From Candidatus Heimdallarchaeota archaeon B3_Heim (GTDB taxonomy: Archaea > Asgardarchaeota > Heimdallarchaeia > Hodarchaeales > Hodarchaeaceae): 32,000 nucleotides of DNA. The DNA is taken from NCBI GenBank assembly GCA_003144275.1, contig NJBF01000028.1:30001-62000 (forward strand), in the 5' to 3' direction. The notes under the pieces were generated by a model. The model made no database searches, had not been told where the DNA came from, and saw only the letters and a program-made list of their open reading frames with translations. The position numbers and the translations under genes were made by a program. Every line of letters starts with the position of its first letter. The stretch's first letter is position 1. Shown piece after piece: positions 1 through 7,919 of the stretch.

Positions 1-1001
1 GTAATCGATACTTTGGATGCTAAGAATTCTAATGGGATTATCAGAGTTAATCCTATACCAATAAGGAATATTAAAGTAACAACGATTTGAGGGAGATTAT
101 ACTCTTCAAGAAATGGCGCCTTTTGAGTTAAAATTCGTGAAAATCTGTCTTTCAAATTTTTACGCCAGACAAACAGGAGATAAACCAGTCCGAAAACTAG
201 AAAAAAGACGGTAAAAGGAGTACCCAAAATTCCGAATATAGGAACGTTAAATACTGAGCTGATGAAACCCAGACTCCCAATGAGTAGGAAAATAATGCTC
301 CAACTAGTTGATAATATCATTGATAGTCGGTGGAGATCAACTTCAGGTTTAATTTGAGATAAAGACCTTATCACGAATAGAGATCCGAAGAATATTTCTA
401 GAAAAGCGATTGAGACTTCGTGCCAAAATAGTTCGAATGGTACCAATACTAGCAACCCTATTCCAGGGATGAGTACAATTAAATTTCTAGTCCTTCGTGA
501 AAGTAATGATATTAATGAATTGGTTTTGCGTGATAAAGTTAAGTATATGCTTGGGAGATCTTCTCGCCAGACATAAAGAAGGAAAACAAAACCATAAACA
601 AATGTGAAATAAGTTATCAAATTATCAGAGATACCGAATAGAGATATCCCAAGAACAGAGCTGAAAACCCCGATACTCCCAAATATTATGAATATAACGC
701 TCCAAATGACGGTTAGAAGTTTTATTATAGTATTAGTCAAGTAGTAAGGTTTAATTTTCTGGATTGCCCACAAGGCAATATAGGGACCAAATAACAGCTC
801 AAAAATTAGACGTAAATTGAAATTCTTAATTACAGGATAAGGAAAATTAATATTACCAAGTAGTGTGTGGCTCCAAGTAACAGTGATTCCTGAGGTAATC
901 AAGTCAAAAGGAATTGCTAAGATAACTATGCATCCAAGAAACAATACGAAAAAACGTACTATTAACGATTCTGAAGGTGAGGTTAACGTATTTGAAGACA
1001 T
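1..1001 (-). CDS. Multi-pass membrane protein with ~134-aa internal repeats (3' end runs off the window; not in the ORF track)
   Basis: Manual translation from ATG at 1001 gives 333 codons without a stop to the window edge: MSSNTLTSPSESLIVRFFVLFLGCIVILAIPFDL...VYGFVFLLYVWREDL...VFGLVYLLFVWRKNL...IGIGLTLIIPLEF. Highly hydrophobic. TATA-like element upstream at 1049-1057. Confidence 0.85.
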   Translation of the reverse strand, partial: MSSNTLTSPSESLIVRFFVLFLGCIVILAIPFDLITSGITVTWSHTLLGNINFPYPVIKNFNLRLIFELLFGPYIALWAIQKIKPYYLTNTIIKLLTVIWSVIFIIFGSIGVFSSVLGISLFGISDNLITYFTFVYGFVFLLYVWREDLPSIYLTLSRKTNSLISLLSRRTRNLIVLIPGIGLLVLVPFELFWHEVSIAFLEIFFGSLFVIRSLSQIKPEVDLHRLSMILSTSWSIIFLLIGSLGFISSVFNVPIFGILGTPFTVFFLVFGLVYLLFVWRKNLKDRFSRILTQKAPFLEEYNLPQIVVTLIFLIGIGLTLIIPLEFLASKVSI

Positions 1002-1048
1002 TGTTATATCACAACAGTGTTAAAACTCATACCCTGAGTTCTATTCGC

Positions 1049-1063
1049 TATAATAAACTTCCT
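1049..1063 (-). promoter_or_regulatory. Putative BRE/TATA promoter of the 1..1001 gene
   Basis: Minus strand reads AGGAAG-TTTATTATA about 50 nt upstream of the ATG at 1001. Confidence 0.35.
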
Positions 1064-1092
1064 AAATAGGTACAATAAAAGATTTTTTGATT

Positions 1093-1104
1093 AAAAAAAA
1101 AAAA
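1093..1104 (-). terminator. Oligo-T (T12) archaeal terminator after the substrate-binding protein gene
   Basis: A12 run on + (T12 on -) begins 6 nt past the stop at 1111-1113 and is preceded by a pyrimidine tract (TCCTTC). Confidence 0.6.
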
Positions 1105-1110
1105 GAAGGA

Positions 1111-2472
1111 TTACTTCTTAGTACGTTTCTTATAGAAGAGGAGGATTGCCACTCCGGCTAGACCGAATAAGATGGAAAATCCAGGTGCGGTGGTTTTCAA
1201 TTCGAAGTCCTCTGGATCGACAAAATTGCTGAATAATTCAACACCATCAGCAGACGACCAACTACCAACCGCTTTTACTGTACCATCTTGGAATTGCCAA
1301 ACGTCATATGTTGACTGGGTAACATCTCCAAGGCTAGAGAATGTTTTATTCCCTGTAGCTCCTATGTAACCTTTTCCTACTGCAGCGATTTCAGCATTAA
1401 CTAATTCACCATCATAGGCTCCAGCTTCTTCAATAGCAAGACATCCAACCATCATCGCGTCATATGCGAAATCTGAAAATAAACTGATCTTGCCACCAAA
1501 ATAAGCTAAGCCTGCAGCTTCTAAAGCTTGTAAGCTTGCGTTGAAATCATCAAACTTTCCTTCACCTGTTCCAAAGGAATGAGGTCGTGTCCCTAGAGTA
1601 TATTGAGCATCTTCCACTATGGTAGCTGTTGTTTCACTGGCATTAAGAATTGATGCATCGGCAATACCATCTGTTCCGAAAATGGGTAAATCTATACCTG
1701 CATTACGAACTTCAGTGATGAATGAACCTCCGTCTATAACGTAAGAAATCATTGCTATTGCTTCAGCATTAACTGCTGCTTTAATACTTGATACTGTGAC
1801 TGAAAAATCAGTAGTACCAGGGAAATAGCTAATTTGAGACGAAACATTACTTCCTAATCCACGGAATTCGGTTTTGAGACTATCTCCAAATCCAGTTCCA
1901 TAATCATCACCACGATGTACGATGACAATGTCTGTATAGCCTACTTCGTCTATTAATTCGGCCAATCCTTCAGCTTGTAACGAATCTTTTGGAACTGTTC
2001 TCCAGAAATAATCGTAAAGCGGATTAGACAACATTTCTGCTGTAGATGCATATGAGATCTGTGGAATGTGATCAACTCTGGCTAACTCAGCCACAGCTTT
2101 CGAAGCAGATGATCCTGCTGCACCAATGATCAGCTCGCAACCAGCAGCTTTCAAAACATTGTATGCTGTTACCGCTGCAGTTTCTTCTGCTTTAGAATCT
2201 TGGATATTTAATGTGACATTAAAGCCAAAATCAGCGGAACGATTGATTTCCCACGCTGCAGCTCGCACACCATCCAATAACCCTTGTCCTAAAGGTGCAA
2301 GTTCCCCTGAAATAGGAGCTAAAACTCCAATTTCATAGACAACAGTAGGAGAGCCAGTTGGTGTATTTACGACAGTTGGTTGTGCTTGTACGGTAGACAA
2401 TCCTATAAATCCGAGGAGAAGGAATGTCAAACCAAAAGTTTTTAATTTTTTAGATGTATTCACATTTTTCAC
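1111..2472 (-). CDS. Type 1 periplasmic-binding-fold (LIVBP/ANF-receptor-like) amino-acid-binding surface protein with signal peptide and PGF-CTERM-like C-terminal anchor
   Basis: N-terminal signal peptide (KKLKTFGLTFLLLGFIGLSTVQA). IGVLAPISGELAPLG, IIGAAGSSAS, PQISYASTA, YFWRTVP, DDYG, GTDG and YDA are typical of LIV-binding/Venus-flytrap domains. C-terminus is TTAPGF + hydrophobic helix + KKRTKK. Confidence 0.85.
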   Translation of the reverse strand: MKNVNTSKKLKTFGLTFLLLGFIGLSTVQAQPTVVNTPTGSPTVVYEIGVLAPISGELAPLGQGLLDGVRAAAWEINRSADFGFNVTLNIQDSKAEETAAVTAYNVLKAAGCELIIGAAGSSASKAVAELARVDHIPQISYASTAEMLSNPLYDYFWRTVPKDSLQAEGLAELIDEVGYTDIVIVHRGDDYGTGFGDSLKTEFRGLGSNVSSQISYFPGTTDFSVTVSSIKAAVNAEAIAMISYVIDGGSFITEVRNAGIDLPIFGTDGIADASILNASETTATIVEDAQYTLGTRPHSFGTGEGKFDDFNASLQALEAAGLAYFGGKISLFSDFAYDAMMVGCLAIEEAGAYDGELVNAEIAAVGKGYIGATGNKTFSSLGDVTQSTYDVWQFQDGTVKAVGSWSSADGVELFSNFVDPEDFELKTTAPGFSILFGLAGVAILLFYKKRTKK

Positions 2473-2928
2473 ATCATTTTCTTTTACTAAGAGTTCTTAT
2501 ACCAAATGCTTAGAGCGATTCTTGATTGATTCAAAATATTCCAAAAACATGACCTTTAATAATCACGATCAGCATTTGGAAAATTTTAAAGCACTGGAAT
2601 TACCAAGAACATATCGTAGATAACCCTCCTTAATCCAAACACCCAGATTGTATCACAAAACACAAGCAGTCGGTTCGGATTTAAGGAAGCTCACTGGCAT
2701 TAATATTAATACCAGTGCCAGATAATCTCAATAATTCTGCAGTCAAACAATCCGAATCGAATCATTAACATTCATGAAAAATCCTACAATATATTCTTTT
2801 TAAGACTTGTTTATATTGCAATTACATTTTCAAGCTAAGTTTTTTCCTTTAATTGGTAACTAAGTCAATTTAAGTGATACAACTGAGAATTATTAACTAG
2901 TTTTTAGTCATTTTGGTTATTTTTATCT

Positions 2929-3750
2929 TTAACCCTCATATTTTTCTCGATACTGGTTTGCAGCAGTCACAGCTTTTGACGTATCAACTGCTATGCGCTT
3001 CTGCCACCAGAATGTATCGATAGCATAGAAGAAAATTGCGGTAAGAAAGAAAATAATCGGTAGAGGATCAATTGGATTCTGTACTAGTAAGTCATAAGTC
3101 ATCTTCGCACCCATAAGAATTAATGAGTAGCCAAATGAAAGAAAGATAAAACTCAAGCTGTCAATATAGAGCCAATTCTTAATCCAGTTCACACCCGCAA
3201 ATTCGATGTATGATCCGACAAAAATTGCTATAAATAGCAAACCTAGTTCATCTGCAGAATAAAAAGCTAAGAATGCACACAAGGCGCGTAGATATAGGAA
3301 GTATTGATCTCTCCGTGTTTCACCAAATCGAGCTTCAAATATAATCATTGGTATAAGAAGAAGAATTCCAGGTAAGAAAAACCTATCTAAAGGGGCCTCT
3401 ACAATACGACTAATAGATAAAGTAAACATGCTAACCATGCCCCAAGCAAATCCTACATAGTAACTATATCCAAAAGTCGAATCCCACGGATGATATTTCC
3501 ATTTTTTAGAATTTACACCCCAGTAATCCGTTATATAACCAACTACTAGCCCAAACCAGAAAAATGCCCATAAATTAGGCCCTGGTCCAAAAACTATCTC
3601 ATAAAGAACCATATATAGAATACCTAAGCCTAAACAAATCCAATCATTTCGTGTTTTGTTATTTAACCAAAGGACGAATGGTACACCAAATAGAAAAAAA
3701 GCTAAATCCCACAAAGGAATAAGGGATACAAATTCTTCCGGTAATAGCAT
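2929..3750 (-). CDS. Uncharacterised multi-pass membrane protein with a duplicated G-x3-[DE]-x2-GVN...W-x-Y motif
   Basis: 273-aa ORF with many hydrophobic segments and an ATG start. TATA-like GAAGATATATC (minus) about 40 nt upstream. Confidence 0.75.
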   Translation of the reverse strand: MLLPEEFVSLIPLWDLAFFLFGVPFVLWLNNKTRNDWICLGLGILYMVLYEIVFGPGPNLWAFFWFGLVVGYITDYWGVNSKKWKYHPWDSTFGYSYYVGFAWGMVSMFTLSISRIVEAPLDRFFLPGILLLIPMIIFEARFGETRRDQYFLYLRALCAFLAFYSADELGLLFIAIFVGSYIEFAGVNWIKNWLYIDSLSFIFLSFGYSLILMGAKMTYDLLVQNPIDPLPIIFFLTAIFFYAIDTFWWQKRIAVDTSKAVTAANQYREKYEG

Positions 3751-4000
3751 GTACAGATCTCTCTTGACTATTAATCTTTAAACAAATCTGATATATCTTC
3801 TCTAGGAGGCAACCCTTATTAAAGGTCTCTCATTTCTATATTTGAAAGAGATATTTTAATATTATTGTGGATCAGCGGAGCATGACACTACGTAATAAAA
3901 CTACTGCGAATGGTTACATCTTCGTAGGAGAATTTTTATTGATAGGAGGAGTTTTCCGTCCATTAACTAAAAGATAACCAATAAAATCAAGGTGTTGCTA

Positions 4001-4336
4001 ATGGTATCCGTTATAACCGAGGAAGAGTTTGCCGAACGAATAAGGTCTAATGTTGCATCCAATAATCCCCGTCCCTTAGTTGTTGACTGTTTTACGGATT
4101 GGTGCCCGCCCTGTAAGGTATCGGCACCTGTTTATGAATCATTGAGCAAGGAATATACGGCAGCCGATTTTGTCAAAATAAATGTTGATAAAAATCCGGG
4201 TGTAGCTCACAAGTTAAATGTACGAGGAGTTCCAACTTTTGCAATACTTCGGGGTAATAAGATTATCGCTAAAATAGTGGGCGCAGATATGCGAAAAGTT
4301 GAGAGCAAGATAAAAGAAGCAATTAAAGAGTCTTAG
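4001..4336 (+). CDS. trxA: Thioredoxin
   Basis: VVDCFTDWCPPCK active site, FVKINVD, cis-Pro motif GVPTF, IVGAD. ATG 4001 is preferred over GTG 3992 because AAGGTG lies just upstream as an RBS. Confidence 0.92.
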   Translation: MVSVITEEEFAERIRSNVASNNPRPLVVDCFTDWCPPCKVSAPVYESLSKEYTAADFVKINVDKNPGVAHKLNVRGVPTFAILRGNKIIAKIVGADMRKVESKIKEAIKES

Positions 4337-4519
4337 AAGGGGTCTTGCTAGTGTGCTGTGGGGTGTAGATCCTAATCTCTTCTATTTCTTGACTTCTCTG
4401 AATATTTTTCTTCAGGTGAAAATAACCCCACTCCAATTAAATCATGAGTAATTCTGGTTTATTCGCTAGATTTATAATTTATATTACATTTAAACTTCTA
4501 ATGATAGCGAGTTCTTATT

Positions 4520-5395
4520 ATGTCATCTACTGATTACTACAAATCTTTAGGCGTCTCGAAAAGTGCTTCTAAGAGTGAAATAAAAAAGGCTTATCGTAAA
4601 TTAGCCTTAAAATACCATCCCGACAGAGCAGTGAAAAGTGGTATGGATCCTAAAGAGGCTGAAGAAAAATTTAAGGAAATTTCTGAAGCTTATTCTGTTT
4701 TATCAGATGAAACTAAACGACAGCAATATGATCAATTCGGTTCTGATTACTTTTCTCAATTCAGAGGTCAGAGTGGCTTTCGTACATCGGTCGATCCTTT
4801 TGAGATATTTTCTCAGTTTTTTGGGGGGTCTTCAGGAGGTTTTTCCTTTCAAAATATGGGGGGGTCTCCATTTTCAAGTTTCCAACAACAGACACGAGCC
4901 CAAAAAGGATCAGATATCCAAATTTCCTTTAAAGTGACATCTTCTGACTTGTCAATTAATGATTCAATCCTAAAGAAAGTCATAAGTCTGAAAAGACGAT
5001 TTGCTGATGGAAGTGAAAAAACAGAAAAAATTAGAATTCCTATCCCAAAGAATGTAGAAGATGGGAAAATTCTGAGAATCCCAAAGAAGGGAAACCAAGG
5101 GAAACAAGGTGGTCCACCTGGAGATTTATTGGTTAAAATCTCACTTGTTGATGATATTTTAGCCATTCCAATCTCAATCTTTCTTGCGATTCGAGGATCA
5201 GAAAGTCTTTCAATAAAATCTCCTTCAGGAGATAGTTTAAGGGGAAAAATCCCGCCCAATACCCGTGATGGAGATTTATTAAATTTTATATCCGATATTG
5301 GAGCTAAAAGAAAGATTCGGGTTGTATATCGATATCCTTCTCAATTATCAGAAGAGAAAATTGCGTTATTAAACGAGTTGATTGAATTAAACTAA
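4520..5395 (+). CDS. dnaJ: Class B (no Zn finger) DnaJ-family co-chaperone
   Basis: J domain DYYKSLGV...[13 protein letters not shown]...[16 protein letters not shown]-rich linker, C-terminal domain ([33 protein letters not shown]). No CxxCxGxG repeats. Confidence 0.88.
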   Translation: MSSTDYYKSLGVSKSASKSEIKKAYRKLALKYHPDRAVKSGMDPKEAEEKFKEISEAYSVLSDETKRQQYDQFGSDYFSQFRGQSGFRTSVDPFEIFSQFFGGSSGGFSFQNMGGSPFSSFQQQTRAQKGSDIQISFKVTSSDLSINDSILKKVISLKRRFADGSEKTEKIRIPIPKNVEDGKILRIPKKGNQGKQGGPPGDLLVKISLVDDILAIPISIFLAIRGSESLSIKSPSGDSLRGKIPPNTRDGDLLNFISDIGAKRKIRVVYRYPSQLSEEKIALLNELIELN

Positions 5396-5417
5396 AATAA
5401 CTTTGGTATCAGTCCTT

Positions 5418-5747
5418 TTAAACCTTTAAATTTGATGAACGATTTGTTAATTGTATTTTAATCATTATTTTTCTTCCAAGCTTATCTAAAATGGTATCGA
5501 GTCCTTGTTCAAGAATTTCTTCTACAGTATAGCGATAAGTCGGCTTCAGGTTGTGTTGAACGCTTTTTCCAAGAAATAATAATACGAATTTTACAGGAAA
5601 GGTTCCAAAATCAGTTTTGATGGACTTTGAGATGATTCCTACCGAAATACCAGTTGAATCGCTAAAGCTTTTCTCACAGTACTTATGAAAATAAGGCCAT
5701 TCACTGAATTGTCCAACTACTGAAAATGTAATGACTACTTGAGTCAT
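5418..5747 (-). CDS. Small hypothetical protein, possibly a degenerate Rab-like (pseudo-)GTPase fragment
   Basis: 109-aa ORF with ATG start, convergent with dnaJ. Order of beta1/switch-like segments resembles the N-terminal half of Ras-family proteins, but the P-loop is absent. Confidence 0.55.
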   Translation of the reverse strand: MTQVVITFSVVGQFSEWPYFHKYCEKSFSDSTGISVGIISKSIKTDFGTFPVKFVLLFLGKSVQHNLKPTYRYTVEEILEQGLDTILDKLGRKIMIKIQLTNRSSNLKV

Positions 5748-5962
5748 ATTTCTTCACACACCTTGTCATATAACGTTAAAACAGCTCAATTTTTTAAATA
5801 TTGTTTGATTAGGTTATATTACGGTGGTAAGTTACGATTCCTTGATAATAAATTTTTGCAACTAATGCCTAGGAGTTTTTAACCTTAGGTGAATTTTAAC
5901 TCTTAAATCCCTAGAAATTCAAATTTCTCAGATTACAGCAAGCAAGAAGAAAGGTAACAGCG

Positions 5963-7504
5963 ATGACCTATCGTCGAGAGACTTGGAATCGATTTTTACA
6001 AACAATTCTACAGCGGATACCCCCTTTAATCTCGAGTTATTCATCCTCTGACCAGATGATACTTAGGACTGTGTTTGAAATTCTTTCTATAGGTGGGGTG
6101 AGTACTAAAGAGGAACGGGATAGATTTCTTACTAACATGGATCAATTCGTAAGAGAAACAATAGATGAAATGGACTATTTTCAAACACCCTTTTTATGGT
6201 TTTCAATTACTTTTTTTCTCAATTCACAACGTCTATTAGTTGAAGCAAGTTTCCATGCAGATGATTTCATACAATATCTTGTCAGAGTATTGCGAGGAGA
6301 CACAAACACACAAGGTTTTTTCCAACTTTTACAAAACAAAACTCCTCTAAAGGATCTTAAATGGGAAGCACTACAATATTACTGTAATGAGATACATGAC
6401 CCCTTAACAGAGATCCAAATGGACATCCTACGAGTTATCTATTCTATGGTTAATTCAGATCCCCTCCGTGCGATGGATCAGCATTATATAACACGTGAAA
6501 TTGTCAAAAAAGTCCGAGTACCAAAACAATTCCGGGGTTTACATCATTTATTTTCCCGTCTTGACTCAAGATGGGGAGTATGGATGTTTCCTGAGGCATT
6601 TGGACTAAGTATTTTATTGTTCAGATTAACTTTGGCCAAAACGCGTGAACTAGAATCTTTAATCGACTTTCTCGCCCCAGAGAATGTTGTTCTTGCAATG
6701 AGTAATGTTTATTGTAATCCTAATGACCCCAAATCCTTTTTTGGGTTTATTTATACACCTAGTGAGACAGTTACTCAATTAATAGCTTACTTTGAACAAA
6801 TACTTGGTAATGATGATCTATCAGATTTTCTGATAGAGCCAGTTATTTCAGCGCAAGCTGGGTCTTCATTAGCATTATATTCTTCAGGTAACGGGTGGGA
6901 GGATGTGTACATACCTCAACAATTTAAGAATGCAATTGAAAGTCGAAGAAGTATTAATCCAAACGATGTATCGTTAAAAATGGGATGTGTAACACCCCAA
7001 TTATCTAACAGACTGAATTACAAGCTACTGGAGTCTCCACAACAGGCCATTAGCGTATATATTAAAGCATACAAGGCTTTTTCATTTGGAAATCTACCTA
7101 TAAAACTTGGTGTAGATTATCATAACTCAGTGTTTTCTCAGGCCGATCTGGCATTACTAGCTAAGTTCTTCTCTAAGAAAATTGCTGGACCCACTTTCAC
7201 GGTTCGGAATATCCTCAGCGAGTTTTCACTTGATATGTTTTGGGTCGAAATTCCTCCTAAATGGGAATGCATAGCACCCAGATTTCTCCATTGGTTACCT
7301 TGGGCTTCGATTCTTTCAACTGCTGATAAGACCATCCTCATTGCTCCTCTCACCTTAAATTTATTCAATTGGATTGAGAATCAATTATCTTGGCATATCG
7401 AACACATACACACAGTTTTTCGTTCCAAAGGTCTACAGGAGGCGTGGTACGATTATCAAAAGGTATCTTGGAAAATCCCTCACATTTTAGATCTCAACAA
7501 ATGA
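5963..7504 (+). CDS. Hypothetical 513-aa soluble protein, possibly containing an HTH plus AsnC/RAM-like domain
   Basis: Long ORF with ATG start. PLTEIQMDILRVIY resembles an HTH helix-1 start and FPEAFGLSILLF resembles the Lrp/AsnC linker. The domain call is weak. Confidence 0.7.
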   Translation: MTYRRETWNRFLQTILQRIPPLISSYSSSDQMILRTVFEILSIGGVSTKEERDRFLTNMDQFVRETIDEMDYFQTPFLWFSITFFLNSQRLLVEASFHADDFIQYLVRVLRGDTNTQGFFQLLQNKTPLKDLKWEALQYYCNEIHDPLTEIQMDILRVIYSMVNSDPLRAMDQHYITREIVKKVRVPKQFRGLHHLFSRLDSRWGVWMFPEAFGLSILLFRLTLAKTRELESLIDFLAPENVVLAMSNVYCNPNDPKSFFGFIYTPSETVTQLIAYFEQILGNDDLSDFLIEPVISAQAGSSLALYSSGNGWEDVYIPQQFKNAIESRRSINPNDVSLKMGCVTPQLSNRLNYKLLESPQQAISVYIKAYKAFSFGNLPIKLGVDYHNSVFSQADLALLAKFFSKKIAGPTFTVRNILSEFSLDMFWVEIPPKWECIAPRFLHWLPWASILSTADKTILIAPLTLNLFNWIENQLSWHIEHIHTVFRSKGLQEAWYDYQKVSWKIPHILDLNK

Positions 7505-7624
7505 GCCTCAACCCTAATCACTCTAAGAAAGGATAAATTCTTTTGAGAATATTTTTATATGAAAAGGGAAACATCAATTTGTTAGGAAACTTTATCTTAT
7601 GATTGAACAGGAGCTTGATGAGAC

Positions 7625-7906
7625 TTGGTTAGATTAATTTTCAAAAATCGAACGTTTTCAGAAGGTAGAGAAGAATCTGGGGATGCCGTTCTTATTCTTG
7701 ATGAAGCTACCCAAACTGGAAAGTTAGAATACTCTCCTGACGCTGGACTAGTCATGCGTAGAACAGCCCGAAGACAAGCTGAGAGTATTTGTAAATCAGG
7801 ATTCTTATTGGGGAGTGGTAAACGACTTGGAATTGGTTTCAAGCTTGAATCCGAAGAAGATTCGATTGGCGATCGATTGACTCAAATAGGTCACGAAAAT
7901 CGGTAA
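7625..7906 (+). CDS. Small 93-aa protein, possibly a single gelsolin-like domain
   Basis: ATG start, first gene of a tightly spaced four-gene operon. SGDAVLILDE followed by a beta hairpin and a long basic helix (LVMRRTARRQAESI). The CDS is well supported; the fold is tentative. Confidence 0.7.
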   Translation: MVRLIFKNRTFSEGREESGDAVLILDEATQTGKLEYSPDAGLVMRRTARRQAESICKSGFLLGSGKRLGIGFKLESEEDSIGDRLTQIGHENR

Positions 7907-7919
7907 ATTGGCATGTCCA

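Noticed and set aside
4358-4435. Calling this element a tRNA gene
   Set aside because: No anticodon arm, no canonical D-loop or G53-C61 pair. Kept only as a low-interest structural note.
4638-5259. Alternative ORFs overlapping dnaJ (4638..4937 +, 4849..5259 -)
   Set aside because: They overlap a well-supported gene and carry no recognisable motifs.
4001-5395. trxA-dnaJ adjacency as a novel redox-chaperone system; search for a CIRCE element
   Set aside because: The genes are 183 nt apart and both are common housekeeping genes. No TTAGCACTC-N9-GAGTGCTAA is present.
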